NCBI GenBank assembly: GCA_011364975.1
Contig: RDOE01000011.1
Span: 1 to 59,427, forward strand
Length of the DNA: 59,427 nucleotides
Reading direction: 5' to 3'
Source: Promethearchaeota archaeon
GTDB taxonomy: Archaea; Asgardarchaeota; Lokiarchaeia; Sigyniarchaeales; SOKP01
Shown: piece after piece, positions 27,923 through 38,258 of the stretch
How positions within the stretch are numbered: position 1 is the first letter of the stretch
Layout of the letters: the number at the start of each line of letters is the position of its first letter
Translations under genes and position numbers: made by a program
The notes under the pieces: generated by a model
Seen by the model: the letters and a program-made list of their open reading frames with translations, nothing else
Told to the model about the DNA's origin: nothing
Database searches by the model: none

Positions 27923-29173
27923 ATGACAGAAAATTTAGATCCGTTTAGTATTTCTCAGAAGCAACTTTATGAAGCATGTAAAATCAAGGGATATGATACC
28001 CAGATTTACGAAACACTTAGTGTACCTGAAAGATTTGTTGAAGTTAAAATTACGATGAAAATGGATAATGGTACTATAAAAACGTTCAAGGGATTTAGAT
28101 CACAATATAATACAGCACGTGGTCCAGGTAAGGGAGGAATTCGCTGGCATCCAGAAGAAAGTGCTTCATTGGTAAAAGCATTAAGTGCGTGGATGACATG
28201 GAAAACGGCTTGTGTTGATATCCCTCTAGGGGGTGCTAAAGGAGGGATTATATGTGATCCTAAGGGAATGAGTAGTCGTGAACTTGAAACATTAGCCCGA
28301 AGTTATATTCGACAACTTGCTGATGTTCTCGGTCCAAATGTGGATGTTCCCGCCCCAGATGTATATACTAACCCACAAATAATGGCTTGGATGATGGATG
28401 AATATGAAAAAATAACACGAAAGCATGTACCTTCAATTATTACGGGTAAGCCATTACCTTTAGGAGGCAGTGCTGGGCGTTCTATAGCAACTGCACAAGG
28501 GGGGGTTTATACAATTAGAGAAGCAGCTAAAGATATAGGTTTAAATCTTAATGGTGCAAAAGTCGCAGTACAAGGATACGGTAATGCGGGTTCTTGGGCT
28601 GCTAAATTACTTCATGATGAATTTGGTTGTACCATAATTGCTGTTTCTGATTCAAGAGGAGGGATATATGCTAAGGAGGGGCTTAATCCACATAAAGCGG
28701 CAGAACACAAAGAAAATACAAGATCGGTGATTGGATTAAAAGGGACTGAAGAGATTACAAATGAAGACTTATTAGAATTAGAATGTGATATTCTTATTCC
28801 TGCAGCATTAGAAAATGTAATTACCCATGAAAACGCACAAAATATAAAAACCAAAATTATTTGTGAACTAGCAAATGGTCCTACTACACCTTATGCTGAC
28901 GATCTTTTATTCGATAACAATATCCTTGTGATTCCCGATTTCTTAGCAAACGCAGGTGGTGTAACAGTTTCATATTTCGAAATGGTTCAAGGATATTATC
29001 TTTATTTTTGGACAGAAAAAGAAGTGTTTGCAGCACTTGATAGGGTAATGACAAATGCATATCGCTCCACTATCGAAGAAGCCAAAAAGTATAACACCCA
29101 TAATAGAATGGGTGCTTATAGTATATCTGTTGAACGCGTACTAGAGGCTATGAAATTAAGAGGTTGGATATAA
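27923..29173 (+). CDS. gdhA: Glutamate dehydrogenase, copy 2 (divergent)
   Basis: [53 protein letters not shown]. Confidence 0.95.
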   Translation: MTENLDPFSISQKQLYEACKIKGYDTQIYETLSVPERFVEVKITMKMDNGTIKTFKGFRSQYNTARGPGKGGIRWHPEESASLVKALSAWMTWKTACVDIPLGGAKGGIICDPKGMSSRELETLARSYIRQLADVLGPNVDVPAPDVYTNPQIMAWMMDEYEKITRKHVPSIITGKPLPLGGSAGRSIATAQGGVYTIREAAKDIGLNLNGAKVAVQGYGNAGSWAAKLLHDEFGCTIIAVSDSRGGIYAKEGLNPHKAAEHKENTRSVIGLKGTEEITNEDLLELECDILIPAALENVITHENAQNIKTKIICELANGPTTPYADDLLFDNNILVIPDFLANAGGVTVSYFEMVQGYYLYFWTEKEVFAALDRVMTNAYRSTIEEAKKYNTHNRMGAYSISVERVLEAMKLRGWI

Positions 29174-29429
29174 ATTATATATCAACACCCATTATCTTTT
29201 CTATTTAATTTTTTTACATTTTTTTTCGAATTAACCATTACTTAACCGATAATAAATTAAATTATTAAGTTTATACAATAACTTTGTTAATCCAATTTTA
29301 ACTTTATATATGAAATTTCGTTTATTTTTAAAATTAAAGGAAATGATCCTATATATTTTATGTTGATAATATTAATTAATTGTAGATTTTATTGATTAAT
29401 TATAAATTGCAGTTTTCAGATGATAGCTT

Positions 29430-30989
29430 TTGGATAAAATTGGTATTATGGATCTGGGATCACAATATACACACCTTATCGCTCGACGAATTAGAGAATT
29501 GGGAATTTATTCTGAAATTTTACCATATAATGTCTCGCTTCAGGAATTAAGAACTCTATCTCCTAAAGGGATAATATTATCTGGTGGCCCAAATAGTGTA
29601 TATGAATTAAATAGTCCAAAATTACCATCAAGATTCTTTAATTTTATAAGGGAAGAGCAAATTCCTGTTTTAGGAATCTGTTATGGGCTACATCTAATTG
29701 TTCATCAACTTAATGGAGAAATTGAAGCTCATGATAAAAAGGAATATGGAAAAGTAGAATTAGATATTTTAGATATTGATGAGCTTTTCCATACATTAGA
29801 TTCTCCTCAAATTGTGTGGATGTCCCACGGAGATCAAGTAAAATCTTTACCACTTGGGTTTAAAATTCTTGCTAAGACAAACAATTGTCCGATTGCAGCT
29901 TATAAAAGTCAAGATTCCTTATTTTATGGAGTACAATTTCACCCGGAAGTTGCACATACCCCAAATGGAAAAATAATCTTAAAAAATTTTATTGAAAGAG
30001 TTGTAAAAGCAAAAAAAGGATGGATTCTTGAGGATTGGATTGAGCAATCGATTGAACAAATAAAGATGACAGTTGGTTCTAAAAATAGGGTGATCTTGGG
30101 ACTAAGTGGTGGTGTAGATTCCTCAGTTGTAGCACTTTTATTACATAAAGCGATAGGAGATAGACTGCATAGTATTTTCGTAAATAATGGTGTATTGAGA
30201 AAAAATGAAGTGGATGAAGTCCAGGAAATCTTCAAGAATAAATTAGGATTCAAAAATTTTCATTTCATTGATGCTGAAGACTATTTCTTAAATAAGTTAA
30301 AAAATATTAGTGATCCTGAAGAAAAGCGAAGAATAATCGGTCATTCATTCATCGAGGTATTTGAAAACCAAACTAAAGAGTTAGAAAAGAAATATCCGGA
30401 TATAAAATTCTTAGCTCAAGGCACAATATATCCAGACAGAGTTGAAACAAGCACAACCAGCGATACGTCATCAAAGATAAAGTCACATCATAACTTAACC
30501 TTGCCTGAAAATATGAGTCTTAAAATTATTGAACCATTAAGGGATTTATATAAGGACGAAGTGCGGAAAATTGGCTTAAAATTAGGTTTACCGGCAGAAA
30601 TTATACAGCGTCATCCTTTTCCAGGTCCGGGATTAGCTGTTAGAATAGTTGGTCCAATTGATAAACAAAAGCTTGAAATTTTACGGAATGCTGATGAAAT
30701 TCTTATTGAAGAAATTAAAAAGGCTATGTTATATGATTCATTATGGCAAGCATTTTGTGTCTTTTTACCTTTAAAAACTGTTGGTGTTATGGGTGATTAT
30801 CGCACATATGAATATATATGCTCTATAAGAATCGTGGAATCTTTAGATGCCATGACGGCAAATTTTGCGAAGTTAAATTGGGATTTATTGGAGAAAATCA
30901 GTTCAAGAATCGTAAACGAAGTTAAAGGGATAAACAGGGTTGTATATGACATTTCTAACAAACCTCCAAGTACTATTGAATATGAATAA
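29430..30989 (+). CDS. guaA: GMP synthase (glutamine-hydrolysing), single-chain
   Basis: DLGSQY, LGICYG, QFHPEV, LSGGVDSSV, QGTIYPD, IKSHHN, RHPFPGPGL, KPPSTIEYE. Confidence 0.97.
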   Translation: MDKIGIMDLGSQYTHLIARRIRELGIYSEILPYNVSLQELRTLSPKGIILSGGPNSVYELNSPKLPSRFFNFIREEQIPVLGICYGLHLIVHQLNGEIEAHDKKEYGKVELDILDIDELFHTLDSPQIVWMSHGDQVKSLPLGFKILAKTNNCPIAAYKSQDSLFYGVQFHPEVAHTPNGKIILKNFIERVVKAKKGWILEDWIEQSIEQIKMTVGSKNRVILGLSGGVDSSVVALLLHKAIGDRLHSIFVNNGVLRKNEVDEVQEIFKNKLGFKNFHFIDAEDYFLNKLKNISDPEEKRRIIGHSFIEVFENQTKELEKKYPDIKFLAQGTIYPDRVETSTTSDTSSKIKSHHNLTLPENMSLKIIEPLRDLYKDEVRKIGLKLGLPAEIIQRHPFPGPGLAVRIVGPIDKQKLEILRNADEILIEEIKKAMLYDSLWQAFCVFLPLKTVGVMGDYRTYEYICSIRIVESLDAMTANFAKLNWDLLEKISSRIVNEVKGINRVVYDISNKPPSTIEYE

Positions 30990-31082
30990 CTGATTTTATC
31001 TTTTTATAACACTAATGTTTTATTTCTAATAGATTTTAATTGCTAATTTTATTAAATAACTTATAATTTATGATTTATTCAA

Positions 31083-32885
31083 ATGATAGTTATGAAAGAA
31101 GAAGAGATTGCGTGGGATTTAAGTCATTTATTTAAAAATCAAAATGATCCCAGAATTGATGAAGTAATTCAACATTTAGAAAAGAAAGCGGATCAGTTTG
31201 TTGAAAATTATAAGGGTAAAATAAAATCACCAGATTTTAAAGCAAAAGATTTACTTTATTTATTTCAGCAACAAGAAGCATTTGAAGCTAATATGGATGA
31301 GTTAATGACTTATGCATATATTCTATATGATGCTAATATGAATATTCCCGAATCCGAAACATTGAAAAATAAGACAGTTCAATTTGCTACGGAATTATCT
31401 CAAAAATTGACATTCTTAGAATTAGAAGTTGGTAAGTTTGTATATCAAAATGAAGAGTTATATAAAGATCCTCTACTTAAAAATTACAAGCATTATCTTG
31501 AAAAAGTAAGAAGAAAAGTTCCCCACTTACTTTCAGAGTTAGAAGAACAATTGATATTAGAAAAAGATCAATTTGGAATTATGCAATGGAGTCAGTTACA
31601 GGGTAAATGGTTAGGAACCAGAAAATTTAAAGTTATGGTAGAAGGAGAAGAAAAAATATTATCATACAATGATGCAAATAGTCTACTAAGTCATCCGGAC
31701 AGAAATACAAGAATATCAGCCGATAAATCAATTTATGCCACTTTAGGAAAAGATGAATATATTTTTTCAACGGCGTTAAGAAATATTTGTGCAGATTGGA
31801 TGAAAACCGTTGAAAGAAGGCATTATGACAACGCAATTCATGATAGCTTAATAATAAATGATTCATCACACCAAATTATCAAAAGCTTGATGGAAACAGT
31901 TGAAAAAAATGTAGATGTTTATAGAAGGTACATGCATTTAAAAGCTAAACTTCTCAATCTACCTAAATTAAATTATGCTGATGTTCTCGCTCCACTTCTC
32001 GAAACTCCAAAAAAGGTATACTCATGGCAAGAAACTAAAAAATTAATTCTTGAAGCCTATGAAAAATTTGACACGGAATTTTCACATTATGCAAGAGAGA
32101 TGTTTGATAAAAATCATATAGATGCAAGTACCAGAGATGGAAAACGAAATGGTGCTTATTGTTCTTCATGGTATAACGGAAAATCAGCATTTATATTAAT
32201 GAATTATACAGGTCAATTGCGAGAAATTTCAACATTAGCTCATGAAATGGGTCATGCCATACATGATTATCTAGCTATGAAGAATCAAACCTATTTTAAT
32301 CTCCATCCGGGATATACTGTCGCTGAATGTGCTTCTATTTTTGGGGAATTGTTACTAACGGATTTATTATTAGAAACCTCTGAATCAGATGTAATAAAAA
32401 AGACGATTTTAGCTAATTTACTTGATGAAGCAGGTATGGCTGTTTTTCAGGTAAGTGCAAGATTCTGGTTTGAGCAAAATTTATATGACGCTATAACTCG
32501 CAAAGAATATTTAGATGGTCAAACAATATGTAAATCCTGGGTTAATGGAAGAGATAAAATTTATGGTGATTCAGTGGATTTTCTTGATGAGCTTATTTGG
32601 GAATGGACTATGAAACCTCATTATTTTAGGGTAGGCCTAAGATTTTATAATTATCCTTATGTTTATGCTCAGTTGTTTGTATATGCATTGTATCAGAAGT
32701 ACAAGACTGAAGGAAAATCCTTTATTCCTAAATTTAAGAAGCTTTTGAGTTCTGGTGGTAGCTTATCTCCAGAAGAGTTAGGTAAGATTGTTGGTTTAGA
32801 TATTTCAAAACCAGAATTTTGGGAATTAGGGATAAAACAATATGAAGAATTTGTAAATCAATTGGAAAAATTGATTAAAACATAA
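31083..32885 (+). CDS. pepF: Oligoendopeptidase F (M3B)
   Basis: WDLSHL, GKRNGAYC, TLAHEMGHAIH, AECASIFGE, FYNYPY. Confidence 0.95.
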   Translation: MIVMKEEEIAWDLSHLFKNQNDPRIDEVIQHLEKKADQFVENYKGKIKSPDFKAKDLLYLFQQQEAFEANMDELMTYAYILYDANMNIPESETLKNKTVQFATELSQKLTFLELEVGKFVYQNEELYKDPLLKNYKHYLEKVRRKVPHLLSELEEQLILEKDQFGIMQWSQLQGKWLGTRKFKVMVEGEEKILSYNDANSLLSHPDRNTRISADKSIYATLGKDEYIFSTALRNICADWMKTVERRHYDNAIHDSLIINDSSHQIIKSLMETVEKNVDVYRRYMHLKAKLLNLPKLNYADVLAPLLETPKKVYSWQETKKLILEAYEKFDTEFSHYAREMFDKNHIDASTRDGKRNGAYCSSWYNGKSAFILMNYTGQLREISTLAHEMGHAIHDYLAMKNQTYFNLHPGYTVAECASIFGELLLTDLLLETSESDVIKKTILANLLDEAGMAVFQVSARFWFEQNLYDAITRKEYLDGQTICKSWVNGRDKIYGDSVDFLDELIWEWTMKPHYFRVGLRFYNYPYVYAQLFVYALYQKYKTEGKSFIPKFKKLLSSGGSLSPEELGKIVGLDISKPEFWELGIKQYEEFVNQLEKLIKT

Positions 32886-32972
32886 CAATCAAATTTTCTT
32901 TTTTTAATTTTATAACTAATAGACCATAAGAATTTCTAAAAAAAGTATAATTAAAAAAAATATAAAAAATAT

Positions 32973-34646
32973 TTATAACATTATTTTTATTTCTTCACCA
33001 AATAGAATCTCTTGAGCCACTTCAAAGGCTATATTATAATCGAAAATCTTTTTTCCTTTTGCCATAGTTGCCATTTCGAATATTTTGCTCTCAATCTTAT
33101 ATTTCAATCTTCCGATATCAAGTGCTCCAATCCCAAAAATACCTGGAATTAATTCATCATTATAAAAATTTGGTTTCATGCCTTCAATTCCATATGGGGG
33201 GACCAAGTTAATATCTACCACTATTTTATTAGGAGGGAGCTGTTTTAATATCTTTTTAGAGATCATTTGAACTCCAGCTTTACCAACTGACCAAATAATA
33301 TCTGCATCTTTTACTAAATTATAGTAATCTTCTTCAGTTTTGGTAACAATACCTTTTATGGGTTCCGACTTTTTTCCTGCCTTTATTGTCAATTCGTTTG
33401 CTAAATTTGTAACATGATCTTCCCTTCGGGAAGAAATTGAAGCACTTGCACCTATTTGAGAAGCAATAATCGCACTAATCTGACCTACTGGCCCTGTACC
33501 CCCAAGAATTGCTATATTTTTATTTCTAATAGTTTCAATATAATGTAATCTCGCAACTTCGATTGTTTTAGCCACAATAGCTGAAGCTGTTGTATGAGCG
33601 CCCCTAGGATCAATAATAACAGAAGATTCAAAGGGTGATACTATGGCATCTAAGACGTTTTTGGCAATTTTATCTGCTTCTTCTACATTAGAACCTCCTA
33701 TGAAATAAACTGTTGGTGCCCCCACTTTTCTAGAAAACATAGCATCTTGAACTAATTTGGTTACTTGATCTGCTGTCATCTTACTATAGGGAATAACAAT
33801 GTCAAATCCCGCATCATAACCCATATTTATGTCAAAAGGAGAGCAATAATCATCTGTATCGAAAAAATGCAATATTTTTTCTTCTCTCTCTCTCTTTTTA
33901 ACTTTAATAGGCATTATTTCTAAAACAGTAGATTTCAAAACATCATCAATAGAATTTGCCTCAGTAAGTCCTTTTACTACTTTTTTCACACTTACCAGTT
34001 CATGCTGAATATTTAATTCATCTGCCAAAAAAACTATTCCATCGAAATTTCTTTTATCACAAATAAATAAACCAGTGATGTTATACTTATCTATCTTTTT
34101 AGCGAGTTCTAAGACTCCCATCATCATCCATGATTCTCGAACTTTAAATTTCATCTCTTCTTCTTCTAATTTGCACTCATCTTTTAAGTATTGCCTCCAT
34201 ACGGTCAATTGCTGAAATCGAAGATCATTATAGTGAACACGGCCCATCTCCTTATACTTTTCAATTTCGTCAGAAAATTTTTTTAATAACTCTTTCTTAT
34301 TTAATAGCGGAGATGAGATATGATTTAAAGCATATTCTGGAATACCTACCATGTTATAAAGTATTCCTTCCCTCTTAAAAATGCTTACAAATTCATCCTC
34401 ATCATCCACCATTGCCTCACTTTCTCTTAATCCTTTATCTTCAGCAGCAAAATCAGGCTGGTATTGCTTAATTAATCCTTTAATAAAGTCCATGTACTCT
34501 CTTGAAATGAAATATAGATCATCGATTATTCCATTTTCCTGCTTGGGTTTTTGAACAGACCAGTCCACAGGAAACTCACTTTCTACTAAAATTATTTTTA
34601 ATTTCTTATTTTTTAATGGCTTTAATTCCAAAACTTGCATATTCAA
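32973..34646 (-). CDS. NAD(P)-dependent methylene-H4MPT dehydrogenase (MtdA/B-like) fused to an unknown ~250-aa N-terminal domain
   Basis: C-terminal part: DTDDYCSPFDINMGYDAG, VQDAMFSR, FIGG, DPRGAHTTASA, LGGTGPVG, DINLVPPYGIEG, GIGALDIG.LKYK. Confidence 0.85.
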   Translation of the reverse strand: MNMQVLELKPLKNKKLKIILVESEFPVDWSVQKPKQENGIIDDLYFISREYMDFIKGLIKQYQPDFAAEDKGLRESEAMVDDEDEFVSIFKREGILYNMVGIPEYALNHISSPLLNKKELLKKFSDEIEKYKEMGRVHYNDLRFQQLTVWRQYLKDECKLEEEEMKFKVRESWMMMGVLELAKKIDKYNITGLFICDKRNFDGIVFLADELNIQHELVSVKKVVKGLTEANSIDDVLKSTVLEIMPIKVKKREREEKILHFFDTDDYCSPFDINMGYDAGFDIVIPYSKMTADQVTKLVQDAMFSRKVGAPTVYFIGGSNVEEADKIAKNVLDAIVSPFESSVIIDPRGAHTTASAIVAKTIEVARLHYIETIRNKNIAILGGTGPVGQISAIIASQIGASASISSRREDHVTNLANELTIKAGKKSEPIKGIVTKTEEDYYNLVKDADIIWSVGKAGVQMISKKILKQLPPNKIVVDINLVPPYGIEGMKPNFYNDELIPGIFGIGALDIGRLKYKIESKIFEMATMAKGKKIFDYNIAFEVAQEILFGEEIKIML

Positions 34647-34652
34647 ACTCCT

Positions 34653-35270
34653 TTATGTGATAATTTTGTTTATATTTATGTTATTTAAATCGATTTTTTT
34701 GACTTTGATATTGTAATTTTCAAAAAGTATTTTCAATTCTGAAAATATCTCTTCATGGGTAAAGTGCATAATTGAAAATGCATCGTTTCTAATCATATTA
34801 GCAATATCTAATACTTTTTTTACAATCCACTTAGGTTTTATAGTTAGTTGAATGGATTTTTTTTGAGAATCTATCTCATTTTTTAATAATTCCATCCATA
34901 TCTTCAAACTCTGAGCTTTATAAGAGTCTTCTTTATGTTCATCACAGAGAGTGGCATATTCCATTTCTAACTCATTAATTAACGCCTCCTTTTCAATGAT
35001 GTCTACGGTTAGGAAATCCCTTACATTATCAGGAATATCAATACTGTAATAAGGAATCCAGAATTTATCTAAAAATCGGGAAAGGACGCTTTCATAGCTC
35101 TTTTTTATTTCTTCTTCGTTTAAATCTATAATGGCAAACCGAAATTTTTCTTTTTTCAAAAAGGATTTCAAATTTTTCAATTGCGAATTATCTAATCTCT
35201 GATTTTTATTTCTTATTAAATATAGAGTAATTTTTTTATTTTTTATTGGCTTAATTTCTAAAGTTTCCAT
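34653..35270 (-). CDS. Hypothetical protein, stand-alone paralog of the N-terminal domain of the downstream Mtd fusion
   Basis: LEIKPIKNKKI vs LELKPLKNKKL; IPYYSIDIP vs ILYNMVGIP; QSLKIW..LLK.E vs QQLTVW..YLK.E; WIVKKVLDIA vs WMMMGVLELA. Confidence 0.8.
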   Translation of the reverse strand: METLEIKPIKNKKITLYLIRNKNQRLDNSQLKNLKSFLKKEKFRFAIIDLNEEEIKKSYESVLSRFLDKFWIPYYSIDIPDNVRDFLTVDIIEKEALINELEMEYATLCDEHKEDSYKAQSLKIWMELLKNEIDSQKKSIQLTIKPKWIVKKVLDIANMIRNDAFSIMHFTHEEIFSELKILFENYNIKVKKIDLNNININKIIT

Positions 35271-35686
35271 TTTCAGTAATCTCTTAAAATTTCTTTGTTA
35301 ACGAATAACCTAACTGGATCAAAATTAAATTGGATTTTTTATTATTAAAAAAAATGACAAGATCAATTACGTTGAATTTGATAACATTAATTTTTATTTT
35401 TATAAAAAAAAAATGACTAAAATATTTGTCAAATAATAAAAAATCTTTATCAATAAAAAAAATTGAATACTATACGATTATTTTTGATTTTATATTCTGT
35501 TTCAAAGGTTAATTATGATAAATTTTTTTGTTGAAAATTCGCATTTATTCTAATTTGAATTGCAGAAAATTGAGTTATATTGATAGAACGCTCCTTTAAA
35601 CATAATCAAGAGAGAAGAGAAAAGTATAGGATTACAGAGAAATATGGGATAATATAATTCCATTTCTTAAACTTTTAAGGTAATAA

Positions 35687-37351
35687 TTAAAGTCTTATTG
35701 ATTGAGGGTAACTTCCAGAATAAATTTCCTTTTTAACTAGATCTAAATCGAGTTCTTCTTGAGTTTTTATTTCTAAATTCCAGTTATTACATACTTCAAT
35801 TGCCCGTTGAGAAATACAAGCAATATCATCACGTTTTAATAAATTTAATCTAAACTTTCGAACTCCTGCAAGAAGTTGTTGAATACCAGTCCCTAGTTTA
35901 GATACAAAATATGTATACACTCCTACTGCCGATGCAGGAATATTAAAATCTTTAAATTCTCGTTTTAAATTATCATATTCTACAAAAATTTCATTAAGAC
36001 TAATATCATCAAGATTTTTATGTTTTTCTAACCCTAAACTTTTAACATTTGCGGAAGTGAGTTCCTTTTTTTCAACAAGTTCTGCGATATAGCGCGATTT
36101 CATTGCAGCAGTAATTGGGGCTCTTGCCATGGCTATGCATTTCACATAGGGGGCACCCATGGCAAGAGCCTTGAACATCTGAGTTTCGTTTGCAAAACCG
36201 CCTGCGATGGCAATGGTTGGTATTTTCACATTCGGACTTTTATTTTTAATCATATCTAAACAACCAGTTACTAATGCTTCTAAATAAACAGTAGGAATGG
36301 AGCCTTCATTCATCATACTTACAGGACTCATCCCAGTACCTCCTCCGGCACCGTCAAAAGTCATTCCATCAACTCCTCCTTCAACACCCAATTTTAAGAT
36401 CCAAGCCGTTGCTGCTGGTCTATAGGCTCCTGTTTTTATAAAGATATTTCTAACTCCATTTGAACGTATTTGATCTATCTCTTCAAGTATTTCATAGGAA
36501 GTACATAATCCCACTCTACTATGTCTTTCAAAGTCGGCGATTATCCCTGTCTTCCATTGCTCTTTTACAATTGGATCTGAGGGATCAGGAAATACTAAAT
36601 AACCACGATTTTGCAAAATCTGAGCCCTTTCTATCGACTCTAATCTCACTTCCCCACCTATAGCCTTTGCTCCTTGACCAAATTTGATTTCTAACGATTC
36701 AACATCTAATTGTGAGGTTACATAATCAAAAACTCCTAACCTAGTATCTTCAACGTTTTTCTGCACGATTATATCTCCATGTTTACCATCCCATAACTCT
36801 CTATATGTTTTAACTCGATACTTCATATCAGCTGTATCGGTCACCCTCGGATAAATGGCGTGATTAGCAAATTGAGCATAGGGATCCATACCAACAACAT
36901 TTTCACCAATCGTAATACTGATGCCCGCTAACGCTGCACCTTTTGCAAGACCTTCCCAATTACGTTTTGCAACATAAGTACTTCCTAAACCAGCAATCAC
37001 GAAGGGTAATTTTTGTAAAATGTTTCCCCAATATGAGGTTAAGTTTACATTAGGAAAGATAACTTTATCTTCATCCGGATCGATACCTTGAGCACCTCTC
37101 ACCTCAAATTGGATTTGAAAATCACCATAAGATAATCCATAGTCTTTGGGAGAACCTGCTGTGGAATTACCATAATATTCTCTACGGGGGTATAGGACTT
37201 CCCTACCTCTTAATGCAGATTTAGAAACTTCACAAAAAACAGGGCAATCTGCTACGCATATTGGGCAGAGTCCAGACTCGCATGCATCCTCTACCCGAGT
37301 TCTGGCACCAATCATACTTGATTGGTTTGAAAGCATGGAATATTTTGTCAT
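35687..37351 (-). CDS. FMN-binding glutamate synthase family protein (stand-alone GltB FMN domain)
   Basis: SGLCPIC..C..CE, GENV, EIKFGQGAKAIGGE, IKTGAY, DGAGGGTGMSP, AIAGG, KALAMGAP. Confidence 0.92.
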   Translation of the reverse strand: MTKYSMLSNQSSMIGARTRVEDACESGLCPICVADCPVFCEVSKSALRGREVLYPRREYYGNSTAGSPKDYGLSYGDFQIQFEVRGAQGIDPDEDKVIFPNVNLTSYWGNILQKLPFVIAGLGSTYVAKRNWEGLAKGAALAGISITIGENVVGMDPYAQFANHAIYPRVTDTADMKYRVKTYRELWDGKHGDIIVQKNVEDTRLGVFDYVTSQLDVESLEIKFGQGAKAIGGEVRLESIERAQILQNRGYLVFPDPSDPIVKEQWKTGIIADFERHSRVGLCTSYEILEEIDQIRSNGVRNIFIKTGAYRPAATAWILKLGVEGGVDGMTFDGAGGGTGMSPVSMMNEGSIPTVYLEALVTGCLDMIKNKSPNVKIPTIAIAGGFANETQMFKALAMGAPYVKCIAMARAPITAAMKSRYIAELVEKKELTSANVKSLGLEKHKNLDDISLNEIFVEYDNLKREFKDFNIPASAVGVYTYFVSKLGTGIQQLLAGVRKFRLNLLKRDDIACISQRAIEVCNNWNLEIKTQEELDLDLVKKEIYSGSYPQSIRL

Positions 37352-37376
37352 TTTAATCTCGTTTTCAAAAGTTTAA

Positions 37377-37571
37377 TTATTCATATATAAATAAGCAACT
37401 TGGTTTTTTCAATTCGTTATTATTAGTCTGAAATTCTTCAGAACAGTTCCAATTGTAATTTCTTCGAGGTTGATTAAATAAAGATCCAAATAAGATGGAG
37501 TTACTTTTACAAATATGACAAACATTTCTTCCATAGGAATATTCAATACCGCATTCAGGACATTTTATCAT
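37377..37571 (-). CDS. Small zinc-ribbon protein
   Basis: CPECG...CHIC; strong SD GGAGG upstream. Confidence 0.75.
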   Translation of the reverse strand: MIKCPECGIEYSYGRNVCHICKSNSILFGSLFNQPRRNYNWNCSEEFQTNNNELKKPSCLFIYE

Positions 37572-37603
37572 TATTTTTTGATCCTCCTCCGTTTGTGTTC
37601 TTT

Positions 37604-37858
37604 TTATATTGCTTCGTATAAGCGTGGATATTTCGATTCATAAATTTTAAGCTTATTAGGATACTTTTGTTTAATCCTTCTAATAACTTTAGAAAGTGAA
37701 CTTCGATGTTGATATCCCATAGCAAAAGACCATTTTTCTGCGGTTGATTTTCCTATTTCTTTCAACTTATCTAAACATATTTGTTCATATGTTTTAAATA
37801 CGGCTTCTGAGGCGATAGTCACCACCTCTGGACGTTCATTCGATCCTTCTACCAACAT
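37604..37858 (-). CDS. Small winged-helix DNA-binding protein (putative regulator)
   Basis: CLDKLKEIGKSTAEKWSFAMGYQHRSSLSKVIRRI..LKIYESKYPRLYEA helix-turn-helix-wing layout. Confidence 0.65.
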   Translation of the reverse strand: MLVEGSNERPEVVTIASEAVFKTYEQICLDKLKEIGKSTAEKWSFAMGYQHRSSLSKVIRRIKQKYPNKLKIYESKYPRLYEAI

Positions 37859-37885
37859 TTTTCATTCACATAGATTATTTATAGT

Positions 37886-37899
37886 GGGAATGCTTTCCC
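37886..37899. promoter_or_regulatory. Palindromic operator (T)GGGA-N6-TCCC(A) upstream of the wHTH / glutamate synthase-like cluster
   Basis: TGGGAA-TGCT-TTCCCA, 28 bp upstream of the wHTH start and downstream of TTTATAAA (37935-42). Confidence 0.6.
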
Positions 37900-38258
37900 A
37901 ATTTATTGCTTTGTTTAATAATATATCGTGAAAGTTTATAAATTTTACTTTTGATGGTTTTTCCTGAATATTGTTTAGATAATATGAGGGAATCGAGACC
38001 TTTGTTCAATTATTACCGTAAAGCTTAATAAAGTTACCGATTTGAGGTGAAAAATTTTAAATTTAAAACCGACAAAATAAATTGAAAGTATTACTTTAAT
38101 TTCATTACCAGTTAACAATAATTTAATAAGGATGGTATAAATAGAGAAAATTTATTATTCAATTCATAAGATTGTATTCTTTATAGTTTCGATAAATTTA
38201 ATAATTTAAGTCTGCTAGTTTTTCTTTAGTCTACTGAAGTTTTTTTTAAAGAAAAAAA

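Noticed and set aside
35340-35435. Repeated A8-TGAC blocks
   Set aside because: Mostly homopolymer in very AT-rich DNA; not distinguishable from chance
35646-35661. GGGATAATATAATTCC as a third operator copy (also GGGATATACACCC near 48046)
   Set aside because: Spacing and half-sites differ from GGGA-N6-TCCC; both lie just 3' of genes
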